This document shows, in pieces, positions 8,311 to 17,222 of a stretch of DNA of 64,000 nt. Every line of letters starts with the position of its first letter. The stretch's first letter is position 1. The position numbers and the translations under genes are program-made. The stretch lies in contig JBIJDH010000002.1 in the NCBI GenBank assembly GCA_044344255.1, forward strand, positions 192,001 through 256,000, in the 5' to 3' direction. The notes beneath the pieces were generated by a model. It was given only the letters and a program-made list of their open reading frames with translations, ran no database searches and had not been told where the DNA came from. The stretch comes from Myxococcota bacterium (lineage in GTDB: Bacteria > Myxococcota_A > UBA796 > UBA2385).

Positions 8311-9597
8311 TCAGTCGCCCGCCGTGGCGTCGGCGACGGGGTCGGTCGGCTCGGGGGCGTCGAGGCGGGCGAGGGCGCGGTCGCGCTCGGCCTGGAAGCG
8401 GGTGAGCTCGCCGCCGTTGAGCTGCTCCTCGTTCGGGAGGGTGATGGTCATCGGGTTGACGATCTGGCCCTTCACCCAGAGCTGGTAGTGCAGGTGGGGG
8501 CCGGTGGAGAGGCCGGTGGAGCCCACGTAGCCGATGATCTGGCCCTGCTTGACCTTCTGCCCTCGCTTCACGGCGATTCGGCTCAGGTGCGAGTACGAGC
8601 TCTCGTAGGGCCCGTTGTGCTGCAGCTTGACGTGGTTGCCGTGGCCGCCGGAGCGCCCGGCGCTCTCCACGAGGGCGTCGCCGACCGCGTGCACGGGCGT
8701 GCCGGTGGGGGCGCCGAAGTCGACCCCCATGTGCGGCCGGGCCTTCTTGAGGATCGGGTGAAAGCGCTTGGGGTTGAAGCCGCTCGTGACGCGGAGGAGC
8801 TCGAGGGGAGAGCGCAGCACGGCCTTCCGGCGGGCGGCGCCCGTGGCGTCGAAGTAGCCCACGGCGCCGTCGTCGCGGACGAAGCGGAAGGCGAGCCAGT
8901 CCTTGCCGGCGTTGGTGAAGCGCACGGCGGCCGGCGCGCCGAGGCGCACCAGGGCGCCGTCCTTCCATTGCTCCTCGACGACGATGCGAGCCCGATCTCC
9001 AGACCGCACCTCGGTGTTGAAGTCGATGTCGTACTGGAAGACGCGGGCGAGGGCGGCGATGTCAGCGGGGCGCAGGCCGGCGTCGAGGGCAGCCTGCCAG
9101 AGCGAGGAGCGCACCTCGAATTCGCGGGTGCCTTCGCGGAGGTCGTAGGTGATGACCTCGAGCGAGGCGCTCCAGCCGGCGCCCTCCTTCTTCAGGTGGA
9201 GGGTGCGGGAGTCGTCGAGGGCGTAGCGGAGCTCGGTGGGGGTGGGCTCAGCGGGGTCGACGTAGAAGGAGAGGATCTCGCCGGCCCGGAGGCGGTTGAG
9301 GTCGGTGTGGGGCAGCGCCAGGGCGCGGAGGGCGCTGGCGTCGAGCCCGCGGTCGGCCAGGATCTCGGACAGCGTCTCCCCGCGGCGGATCAGGTGGTCT
9401 TCCCAGGCGGGGGCGGGGGGCTCAACCACCTCGGCCTCGGCGGCCTCCGCGGCGGCCAGGGCCTCCGCTTCGGCCTCGGCCTCCTCCGCCTCGGCGGCGA
9501 TCCGGGCGATGCGCGAGGCGCGTCGCTCGGCCGCGAAGGCCACGAGGCCCAGCGAGCAGAGGAACAGGATGCTGACCAGGACGCGGGGGGATCGCAT
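8311..9597 (-). CDS. M23 family peptidoglycan DD-endopeptidase (MepM-like)
   Basis: HMGVDFGAPTGTPV, YSHLS, STGPHLHY; N-terminal TM and LysM/OapA-like region. Confidence 0.93.
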   Translation of the reverse strand: MRSPRVLVSILFLCSLGLVAFAAERRASRIARIAAEAEEAEAEAEALAAAEAAEAEVVEPPAPAWEDHLIRRGETLSEILADRGLDASALRALALPHTDLNRLRAGEILSFYVDPAEPTPTELRYALDDSRTLHLKKEGAGWSASLEVITYDLREGTREFEVRSSLWQAALDAGLRPADIAALARVFQYDIDFNTEVRSGDRARIVVEEQWKDGALVRLGAPAAVRFTNAGKDWLAFRFVRDDGAVGYFDATGAARRKAVLRSPLELLRVTSGFNPKRFHPILKKARPHMGVDFGAPTGTPVHAVGDALVESAGRSGGHGNHVKLQHNGPYESSYSHLSRIAVKRGQKVKQGQIIGYVGSTGLSTGPHLHYQLWVKGQIVNPMTITLPNEEQLNGGELTRFQAERDRALARLDAPEPTDPVADATAGD

Positions 9598-9632
9598 GGC
9601 GGGGTCTTCGGGCGTCGGAGGCCCGGCAGGGA

Positions 9633-11120
9633 TCAGCGCGCGACGAGGTAGATGACGACGATCGCCGCGATGGCCACGAGGCCGAATCCGATGCCGAGCA
9701 GGGCGCCCTGGAGGATGGTGGTGAGGAGGGAGGTCTGCTGCGGCCGTTTGGGCGGCGCAGGCGGAGGCGGGAGGATCGGCGCTGGGGTGGCGGCGATGGG
9801 AGCCACAGTGCGAACGGCTGGCGTCGCGGAGGTGGTCGGAGCCGGAGGGGGGGGGGCGTGTGGCGGGGGCGCTTGGGGCGGCAGGGCTTTGGGCGGCGGA
9901 GCCTGGGGGAGCGGGGCCTTGTAGGGCGGAGCCTGGGGGACCGGGGCCCTCTGGGGCGGAGCCGGCGCCGCCGGGAGGGGAGGGGCCGCCGCCGGGCCGG
10001 CGGAGGGTGCTGGCCGCCTCGGCGCCGCGGCCGGGAGCGGCATCGCGGTGACCCGCGTCAGGGGCTCGTCATCGGGGGGAAGCGGAGGCAGGGAGGCGGG
10101 GCCGCTGGGGCGACCGCGGGTAAAGGCCGAGGGGGCGCTCGATGAGCTCACCTGCCCCGTTTCGGGTGAGTCGGCAACTGACGCGAGGATGCGGATGTTC
10201 CGCCCGGCGAGCTTGTTGCTGTCCGCCACGGGCCCGCGCCCGCGTAAGGACTCCGCGACGGCGCCGCGGGCCCAGGACTTGAGCCCCGGGCCCCCCGAGT
10301 TGTCCGCGACGTCCTGCAGCCGCCGCTCGGCCTCGGCGGAGTCGGGGCGGTCGCCGGGGTTCCACTGCAACATCGACCAGAGCACGGGCACCAGCGCCGG
10401 GTGGGTGGCCTGGAGCTGGTCGAGGCGAGCCTTCACCCGCCGCTCATGGGAGTCCTGGCGCACCTTCGGCTGGCCGAAGGGCTCGCCGGTCGCGATCTGC
10501 CAGAGCGTCAGCCCGAGCCCATAGACGTCGACCTGGGGCGACACCTCACCGGTGACGATGTACTCGGGGGCCATGTAGTTGAGGGTGCCGAGCACCATCT
10601 GGCCGGTGAAGCTCTCGCGGGCGTCAAAGCGGGCGCGGGCCACCCCGAAGTCGAGCAGCTTCACGGTGCCGGTGGCGGTCACCATGATGTTGGCCGGCTT
10701 CACGTCGCGGTGGATGACGTTGAGCGGCTGACCGGAGGTGGGGTGGCGGGCGTTGTGGGCGCGGGAGAGCGCGCCGGCCACGATGGCGCCGACCTCCGCC
10801 AGCGCCCGCGGCGTGGGGGAGCGACCGTCCTTCTGGAGAGACTCGAGGTCAACCCCCTCGATGTACTCCATCACCACGGCGTCGGCGCCCTCGATCTGGA
10901 CCATGTCCAGCACCTCGAGGATGGCGTCATCGTGCAGCAGCCCGAGGAGGCGCGCCTCATCGCGGAAGCGGGTGAGGAACATCTCCGTGTCGGGTCGATC
11001 GCGGAGCAGCACCTTCACGGCGACAGAACGACGGAAGTTCTGCCCGCTCACGAGCTCGGCGAGGTAGACCGTACCGAAGGCGCCGGCGCCAATCGGTCGG
11101 ATGAAGCTGAGCGACCGCAT
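9633..11120 (-). CDS. Ser/Thr protein kinase with Pro-rich linker and C-terminal TM anchor
   Basis: GAGAFGTV, VAVK, HRDVKPAN, DFG, YMAPE all intact. Confidence 0.93.
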   Translation of the reverse strand: MRSLSFIRPIGAGAFGTVYLAELVSGQNFRRSVAVKVLLRDRPDTEMFLTRFRDEARLLGLLHDDAILEVLDMVQIEGADAVVMEYIEGVDLESLQKDGRSPTPRALAEVGAIVAGALSRAHNARHPTSGQPLNVIHRDVKPANIMVTATGTVKLLDFGVARARFDARESFTGQMVLGTLNYMAPEYIVTGEVSPQVDVYGLGLTLWQIATGEPFGQPKVRQDSHERRVKARLDQLQATHPALVPVLWSMLQWNPGDRPDSAEAERRLQDVADNSGGPGLKSWARGAVAESLRGRGPVADSNKLAGRNIRILASVADSPETGQVSSSSAPSAFTRGRPSGPASLPPLPPDDEPLTRVTAMPLPAAAPRRPAPSAGPAAAPPLPAAPAPPQRAPVPQAPPYKAPLPQAPPPKALPPQAPPPHAPPPPAPTTSATPAVRTVAPIAATPAPILPPPPAPPKRPQQTSLLTTILQGALLGIGFGLVAIAAIVVIYLVAR

Positions 11121-11175
11121 CAACGCGCACCATAGCACGTCACCCCTGGCGAGGCTCCGCTGCCCCGGGTTGGGC

Positions 11176-11595
11176 TCAGGCTCGGCGGCGCCGGCCGAAG
11201 AGGGCGCTCATCGCCAGGACCGTGAGGCCGAAGGAGGCCTCCGCCCCCGTCGCGAGGCCGCAGCGCGGCTCGTCTGCGGGGGAAGGGGAGGGGGAAGGCG
11301 GCGTGGCCGAGGAGGCGGGGGCCTCTCCCGAGCCCGAGGTGGGCGGGGTGGAGGAGACGGTCACGTCACCGCCCTCCACGCAGAGGGTGCACGCGTAATC
11401 CACCGAGCCCGGCGGGGTGCCATGACTGTAGTCGAGCCGGCTGCAGGTGGAGGCCGCGCAGGCCCCGGCGGTGCCCGCTTCGGTCTGGCAGGCCTCGCCA
11501 GCCACCTTGCCGTCACACTGGGCGCGGTTCGGCGGCGGGACGTCCGCGGAGGCGGGATGGACGGCGAGCAGGAGGGTCAGGAAGAGGGCGTTCAC
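11176..11595 (-). CDS. Small Cys-rich secreted protein with MYXO-CTERM-like sorting tail
   Basis: Signal peptide (..PASA-DVPPP); six Cys in the mature domain; S/P linker; tail RCG..hydrophobic..GRRRRA. Confidence 0.75.
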   Translation of the reverse strand: MNALFLTLLLAVHPASADVPPPNRAQCDGKVAGEACQTEAGTAGACAASTCSRLDYSHGTPPGSVDYACTLCVEGGDVTVSSTPPTSGSGEAPASSATPPSPSPSPADEPRCGLATGAEASFGLTVLAMSALFGRRRRA

Positions 11596-11673
11596 GCGGA
11601 CTCCGCACGGGCACAGAGAACTTAGCACGCGGGCCGGTTTGGCCTCACCGGTCTGACCGGCCTCGCCTTGGCC

Positions 11674-12204
11674 TCACTCGTCGATCGGCGTCATCCAGAC
11701 CGTCTCGGGGGAGAGGCCGAGGCTGGCGAGGGCCCGCCCGTACCGCTCGGGGAGGGGGACCTCGAAGACGAGCGCGGCGTCTACATCGGCGTAGATCCAC
11801 GACCCCCGCTCGATCTCCTCGTCGAGCTGTCCGGGCCCCCAACCCGCGTAGCCGAGGCAGAGGTGGAAGCGCTCCGTGCCCTGGAGGAGCGCGGTGAGGC
11901 GATCGGCGGACAGGGAGACCGCCACGCGGTCGCCCAGCGTCCAACCCTCGTCGTCGGCGGCCTCACCGCGCCAGAGCACGAAGCCGGTGCCCTTGCCGAC
12001 CGGCCCGCCCCACCAGGTCGGGGCGTCCCCGCGCTCAGGGCGCGGCAAGCTCATGCCCTCGGCGACGGCGCCGAGGGAGGCGGGCCCGTCGCGGTTGATC
12101 ACGAGGCCGAGCGCGCCGTCTTCGTCGTGCTGGCAGAGGAGGATGACCGTCCGCTCGAAATTGGGATCCCGCATCTGCGGCGAAGAGATGAGGAGGCCGG
12201 TCAT
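11674..12204 (-). CDS. YqgE/AlgH (DUF179) family protein
   Basis: DPNFERTVILL, GALGLVINR, GGPV, GYAGWGPGQLDEEI. Confidence 0.93.
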   Translation of the reverse strand: MTGLLISSPQMRDPNFERTVILLCQHDEDGALGLVINRDGPASLGAVAEGMSLPRPERGDAPTWWGGPVGKGTGFVLWRGEAADDEGWTLGDRVAVSLSADRLTALLQGTERFHLCLGYAGWGPGQLDEEIERGSWIYADVDAALVFEVPLPERYGRALASLGLSPETVWMTPIDE

Positions 12205-12211
12205 GAGGGGC

Positions 12212-13483
12212 TCAACCCGAGGCGCCGTAGTCGCGCAGGGGCTCGGTGCGGGGCGGCTTGCCCTCGGTGATGACCTCCTCGGTGATCACCACCTCGCGCA
12301 GGTTGTCCTGGCTCGGGACCTCGTACATCACGTCGAGCATCATCGTCTCGATGATGGTGCGGAGGCCGCGGGCCCCCGTCTTCCGCTGCACCGCCTTGCG
12401 GGCGATGGCGCGGAGGGCCTCGTCGGTGAAGCTCAGCTTCACCTTCTCGAACTTGAAGAGCTTCTGGTACTGCTTGATGATCGAGTTCTTGGGCTCGGAG
12501 AGGATCGTGACCAGATCATCTTCTCCGAGCGGCTCAAGCACGGCCAGCACCGGCAGTCGGCCGATGAACTCGGGGATGAGGCCGAAGCGCTCGAGGTCCT
12601 CCGGCGTGGTGCGGCGGAGGAGGTTCTTCTTGTCTTTCTCGACCTGCTCGGGGTTGGCGTCGGCCTCCTGGTTGAAGCCGACCGTCTTCTTGCCCGTGCG
12701 GTGCTCGATGATTCGCTGGATACCCTCGAAGCTCCCGCCGCAGATGAACAGGATGTTCGAGGTGTCGATGTGCAGGTGCTCCTGGTTGGGCGTGCGCTTG
12801 TTGCCCTTGACCTGGATGCTGGCGTGGGTGCCTTCGATGATCTTCAGCAGAGCCTGCTGCACACCCTCGCCGGAGACGTCTCGGCTGACCGAGCTCGTGT
12901 ACGACTTCTTGGCGAGCTTGTCGATCTCGTCGATGTAGACGATGCCGCGGATGGTGCGCTCGACGTTGTTCCCGCTCGCCTGGTACAGGTTGAGGATGAT
13001 GTTCTCGACGTCCTCGCCCACGTAGCCAGCCTCGGTCAGCGTGGTGGCGTCGGCGACGACGAAGGGCACGTCGAGCAGGCGAGCGAGGGTCTGGGCGATG
13101 AGCGTCTTGCCCGTGCCGGTGGGCCCGATGAGCAGCACGTTCGACTTCTGGATCTCGACCTCGTTCGTCTGGCCCTCCGTCTTCTGGTTCACTTCGAGGC
13201 GCTTGTAGTGATTGTACACGGCGACCGCGATCTTCCGCTTCGCCTGGTCTTGGCCGATGATGTACTGATCGAGGAAGGCCTTGATACGGGCGGGCGGCGG
13301 CACCTTGGCGCTGCCCCACGCGATCGGCTTCGGCTGGTTGTTCTCCCGGATGATGTCCAGGCACAGTCGAATGCACTCCGAACAGATGTAGACGTTCGGG
13401 CCTGCGATGATCTTGTCCACCTCCCGCTGCGGCTTGTGGCAGAAGGAACAGGCGAGGCCGGAGGGCGTGGAGTACTTGGGCAT
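12212..13483 (-). CDS. clpX: ATP-dependent Clp protease ATP-binding subunit ClpX
   Basis: CSFC..ICSEC zinc domain; [40 protein letters not shown] loop; TGARGLR. Confidence 0.97.
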   Translation of the reverse strand: MPKYSTPSGLACSFCHKPQREVDKIIAGPNVYICSECIRLCLDIIRENNQPKPIAWGSAKVPPPARIKAFLDQYIIGQDQAKRKIAVAVYNHYKRLEVNQKTEGQTNEVEIQKSNVLLIGPTGTGKTLIAQTLARLLDVPFVVADATTLTEAGYVGEDVENIILNLYQASGNNVERTIRGIVYIDEIDKLAKKSYTSSVSRDVSGEGVQQALLKIIEGTHASIQVKGNKRTPNQEHLHIDTSNILFICGGSFEGIQRIIEHRTGKKTVGFNQEADANPEQVEKDKKNLLRRTTPEDLERFGLIPEFIGRLPVLAVLEPLGEDDLVTILSEPKNSIIKQYQKLFKFEKVKLSFTDEALRAIARKAVQRKTGARGLRTIIETMMLDVMYEVPSQDNLREVVITEEVITEGKPPRTEPLRDYGASG

Positions 13484-13703
13484 CAGGGACCCGGGGGCCT
13501 TGGGCGCGAGGTTCGGGGGCGAGCGTGGGGCTGGCGTGCTCGGGAGCGTCGGGGGAGGTATCATCGAATCGCTCGGCCTCCCAGCCTCCGGGCTGCGGAG
13601 GGGTCGGCTTCGGACCCCCTCCGGGGGCCGCCAAAGCCCCAGCTTCGCCCGCCTGCTCCTCCACTCCCTCGGGTCCAGCGACCCCTGCAGAGGGTCCCGG
13701 CCG

Positions 13704-14927
13704 ATGTCATCCTCGACGCCCTATGTCGGCGACTACTACGACACCCTCGGCGTGGCCCGTGACGCCAGCGCCGAGGAGATCAAGAAGGCCTTCCGCAAGC
13801 TGGCCCGAGAGTGCCACCCCGACGTCGCGGGCGACAATGCGGCCACCACCGCCCGCTTCAACAAGGTTCGGGAGGCGTATGAAGAGCTGATCGACCCCAC
13901 CCGGCGGGCCCGCTACGACCGGCGCAACCAGCCGCGGGCCCCCCGCTCGCCCACCCCGGACGGCCTCCACCGCATGGCTGGGGGCTTCTATTACAAGACG
14001 GGCAGCCCCCACGGCACCGCCGGTCGCCCGGGGGGCAAGGGGAGCCCGAAGGGAAACCACCTCGACCTCGAGGACATCTTCGGCGACTTCGGCGGCAGCG
14101 ACTTCGGCTTTGGGGACAAGATGCACGCTGCCGCGGGCGGGGCCCCGCGCAGCGCCACCCCGCCGGCCGGCGCCGAGCGGCGGCCGGAGGGCTGGGGCCC
14201 CGCCGATCCCAGCGCCACGGGCCCCGCCGGCCCCGCCGGTCCGCATGGCCGCAGCGCCCCCGAGCGCGGCCCGGCGGCGCGGCAGGCGGGCCGCGACATC
14301 GCGCTCACCGTCGATGTCCCCGCCGCCATCGCCGCCCGCGGCGGCACCGTGACCCTGCACTACCCGCGGCTCCGCCTCGGCGAGGACGGTCAGAACCTCT
14401 TCCGCTACGAAGAGCTCCACGACCTCCGCGTGCCCCCGGGCACCCGCCACGGCGAGTCCCTGCGGGTCGAGAAGTACGGGGACGCGGGCAACGACGGCAC
14501 CTTCGGTGACCTCGTCTGTGACATCCGTCTCGTCGGCGTGGCGCCGCCCCCGGTGGCCGGCTTTCAGTCGGCCGACGTCCGCACCCCCCGCGCGTCGCCT
14601 CCGCCCCCCGCGGCGGCCCCCCCCTCCGCGGGGCCGGGGCCCGAGGCGGCGGTGGTCCTCGTGCCGATCGGCGTCGCAGAGGCCCTGCTCGGCGGGCGCA
14701 TCGAGGTCGAGACCCCCGCCGGTCGGGTGCGGGTGAGCATCCCCCCCTGCACCTCCTCCGGCACCCGCCTCCGCCTGCGCGGCAAGGGCGCGGGCGGAGC
14801 CGACGTCCTCGCTGAGCTCCGCATCGTGGTGCCGAAGCGTCTCGATGACGAGAGCCGCGACCTCATCGAGCGCTTCGCGGCCCTCAACCCTGACTATGTG
14901 GGCGCCGTCGAGCCTCCCGTCCGGTGA
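13704..14927 (+). CDS. DnaJ-class (CbpA-like) J-domain chaperone without zinc finger
   Basis: [12 protein letters not shown] domain; G/F region; two DnaJ C-terminal subdomains. Confidence 0.9.
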   Translation: MSSSTPYVGDYYDTLGVARDASAEEIKKAFRKLARECHPDVAGDNAATTARFNKVREAYEELIDPTRRARYDRRNQPRAPRSPTPDGLHRMAGGFYYKTGSPHGTAGRPGGKGSPKGNHLDLEDIFGDFGGSDFGFGDKMHAAAGGAPRSATPPAGAERRPEGWGPADPSATGPAGPAGPHGRSAPERGPAARQAGRDIALTVDVPAAIAARGGTVTLHYPRLRLGEDGQNLFRYEELHDLRVPPGTRHGESLRVEKYGDAGNDGTFGDLVCDIRLVGVAPPPVAGFQSADVRTPRASPPPPAAAPPSAGPGPEAAVVLVPIGVAEALLGGRIEVETPAGRVRVSIPPCTSSGTRLRLRGKGAGGADVLAELRIVVPKRLDDESRDLIERFAALNPDYVGAVEPPVR

Positions 14928-15814
14928 GGCACAAGGCGCAGCCGCTCGACGGTGCCCGCGGTCGCGGTCGCGCCTACACCCCGGCCCGGGCCTGGTGGGA
15001 GAGCTGGATGGGCCCCCTCTTTGGCGAGGGCTGGCCGGCTCGTTGGTGGTCGGCCCTGCCGGGGGCCCTCCGGGTGGACACGCTGTCCGTAGACCTCCCT
15101 TGCCTGCCGCCCGGCTGCCCGCCCCTTCGGATCGGGTTCGCCTCCGATCTGCACCTGGGGCCCACCACCAGCCCGGCGCTGCTGGCTCGGGCCCAGGCGA
15201 TCCTGGCCGAGGCGGGCCTCGATCTGCTCCTGTTGGGCGGTGACTTTGTCTTTCTGGAGGCCACCGAGGTGAAGGCGGCGGCCTTGGCGGCTTGGGTCGA
15301 GGGCATCCCCGCGCGCTGGAAGATGGCGGTGCTGGGCAACCACGATCTGTGGACCCGCCACGATCGATTGGAGGCGGCCCTCGAGGCGGTGGGGGTAGAG
15401 TGGATCATCAACCGCGGCCGCCCGCTCGACGGTGAGCACCGCGCCATCGGTGTCTTCGGCCTGGACGACCCCTGGACGGGCGAACCGGATCCGGCCGCAG
15501 CCCTGGCCGGTGTGGCACAGTGCTCGGTCCGCATCGGCCTCGTTCATGCCCCCGACGGCCTGCCCCTGCTGCCGCCCGGGGTCGCCACGGTCCTGTTCTC
15601 TGGGCACACCCACGGCGGCCAGCTCGCCCTGCCGGGCGGTGTGCCGCTCTATGTTCCCGGGCTGGCGGGGCAGCGCTGGCCCTGGGGCCGCCACGAGGTC
15701 GATGGGACCACGCTGCTCGTCTCCCGGGGCCTGGGCGGAGTGGAGATCCCGATGCGCCTGTTCGCGCCGCCCGATGTGTGGGTGGTCAACCTGCTGCCGC
15801 GCGCGGCTGCGTAG
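14924..15814 (+). CDS. Calcineurin-like metallophosphoesterase (YkuE/YaeI-like)
   Basis: SDLH, GGDF, GNHD, GHTHGGQ, SRGLG. Confidence 0.92.
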   Translation: MRHKAQPLDGARGRGRAYTPARAWWESWMGPLFGEGWPARWWSALPGALRVDTLSVDLPCLPPGCPPLRIGFASDLHLGPTTSPALLARAQAILAEAGLDLLLLGGDFVFLEATEVKAAALAAWVEGIPARWKMAVLGNHDLWTRHDRLEAALEAVGVEWIINRGRPLDGEHRAIGVFGLDDPWTGEPDPAAALAGVAQCSVRIGLVHAPDGLPLLPPGVATVLFSGHTHGGQLALPGGVPLYVPGLAGQRWPWGRHEVDGTTLLVSRGLGGVEIPMRLFAPPDVWVVNLLPRAAA

Positions 15815-15819
15815 ATGTG

Positions 15820-16014
15820 TCAACCGGTCACGCCGCTACTCTCGATGAGGGCCCAACCGTGGACCTTCGCGCCGAAGCGGGTGGGCCGCTCGGCGAGGAG
15901 GTTGAGGGAGGCCTGGCAGTCGTCGTCGGAGTGGAAGATCGGCGCGCGGCGGGCGCTCCGGTTTAGGACGGGATGGCGGGCGTGCTCGTCGGCGAGGCGC
16001 GGCGAGCGAGGCAT
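15820..16014 (-). pseudogene. N-terminal remnant of REP-associated tyrosine transposase (RAYT, Y1_Tnp)
   Basis: MPRSPRL..ARHPVLNRSARRAPIFHSDDDC..LNLLAE..RFGAKVHGWALI resembles the RAYT N-terminus but stops before the M-x-N-H-x-H motif. Confidence 0.75.
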
Positions 16015-16042
16015 GGGGGGAGGGTGGCGTGGTGGCGAGAAC

Positions 16043-16073
16043 GGGCAAAGGGCAAAGGGCAAAGCCTGGCACC
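16043..16073 (-). repeat. REP-like end upstream of the RAYT remnant: GGTGCCAGGC + (TTTGCCC)x3
   Basis: GGGCAAA x3 at 16043-16063 followed by GCCTGGCACC on the + strand. Confidence 0.6.
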
Positions 16074-16074
16074 G

Positions 16075-16744
16075 CGATATCGGCGGGAGCCTCGAGCTGG
16101 ACTCGAACAGCTCCTTCCAGGCGACCCTCTGCGACTTCGGCTCCTCGACCACGAGCACCGAGAACACGGGCACCGACCTCCTGCTCGATTCTGCGTATCT
16201 CCCCTACGAGTATGACGAGGACGCGACCTTCACCTGCACAGACACCTACTGTGGGACCAAGACCACGAGCGCCTTCGGTGGCACCACCACCACCGCCTCG
16301 GCGAGCAGTGGGGCGCGGGGCAACATCGTGCTGGCGACGAAGAGCGCCACCATCGGGGGCTTCACGATGTACCTCGACCCGCCGAGCGCTTCGTGCAGCC
16401 TGACCTCCTACGTCCTCTCGGCCTCCTCCCTCAGCGGCACCTGGCGGGTGGACGACGCCTACGCCGATACCTTCGGCAGCACCGCGGGTAAGTACTACAC
16501 CGGCTTCGCCGGGGGCGTCGCCGTGGAGGTCGGTCGGTACTACGCCTTCGTCATGGGCTGGAGCTGCACCTCGGGCGTGACCTACGCGAGCAACAGCGCG
16601 GGGGCCTCCTCGCTCGACGCCGGCTTCGGCACCACCGCCGGTTACTGGTCGGACAGCACCTTCACGGGCTACTCGGGCACCACCGCCTCCTTCGCGAGCT
16701 CGAGCAGCACCCGGTATGGGATGACGGTCACCTGGTCGCATTGA
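16075..16744 (+). pseudogene. 5'-truncated C-terminal fragment of a Ser/Thr/Gly/Tyr-rich surface protein
   Basis: Strong coding bias begins abruptly at DIGGSLELD, right after the REP-like end; no credible start or signal peptide; the upstream part of the ORF is antisense to the RAYT remnant. Confidence 0.6.
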
Positions 16745-16777
16745 GTGGGATGGAGCGGCGCCGCCCGGTTGGATCGG

Positions 16778-16786
16778 TGCTACCTT
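16778..16786 (+). promoter_or_regulatory. Extended -10 element TGCTACCTT, probable leaderless promoter
   Basis: TGnTAnnnT ends 6 nt before ATG 16793; no Shine-Dalgarno. Confidence 0.5.
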
Positions 16787-16792
16787 GTCCCG

Positions 16793-17152
16793 ATGCGCAC
16801 GATCGGATCGGTCCCCGCCGAGCTCCTCGCCTCCCTCGGCGGCGCGCGCCTGCCGACCCTCGAGAAGGTGGTGCGCTGGGTGGCCCCCCTCGGCGGTGAC
16901 ATCGTCGACATCGTCGTCCAGGACGAGTTCACGCACGACGTGGTCGTCGAGGTGGGCGGGGCCTTCCTGGTTTACGACACCACCTGACTGGGGGCGGTCA
17001 CCGCGGTCGCGGTGTGGGCGGAGCGGCCGAGCGCCGCGAGGATGCTCGCAGACCGGGTGGAGCGGGGCTGGTGGCCCAGAGAATCTCCCGTCGCGGTTGG
17101 GCCGAAGATCCTCGGCTTCGCGGCGTGCTTGGAGACGGGGGACTGTCCGTAG
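16793..17152 (+). CDS. Candidate selenoprotein, 119 aa, with in-frame UGA (codon 65) at 16985-16987
   Basis: ..VQDEFTHDVVV..LVYDTT-TGA-LGAVTAVAVWAERPSA..KILGFAACLETGDCP-TAG; 48 of 54 downstream codons end in G/C; SECIS-like hairpin follows. Confidence 0.7.
16999..17014 (+). promoter_or_regulatory. Putative bacterial SECIS hairpin CACCGC-GGTC-GCGGTG
   Basis: Perfect 6-bp stem, GGUC apical loop, begins 11 nt after the UGA. Confidence 0.65.
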
Positions 17153-17222
17153 GTCGGCGCGGTCCGCCGACCCCCCACTCCACCAGGAATCGGTCTCAAC
17201 CAGAAGTCGGTGCCATTTGGGC

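Noticed and set aside
11622..11648. TTAGCAC half-site resembling CIRCE near clpX/dnaJ
   Set aside because: No GAGTGCTAA second arm; better explained as a minus-strand extended -10
16742..16792. A second in-frame TGA (16742-16744) could join the surface-protein fragment to the selenoprotein candidate
   Set aside because: The 16 intervening codons look non-coding and contain a -10 element; no comparable SECIS-like hairpin; the shared frame is probably chance
17137..17149. GGGGGACTGTCCG as a REP-like palindrome
   Set aside because: Single imperfect copy inside the read-through coding region (TGDCP)
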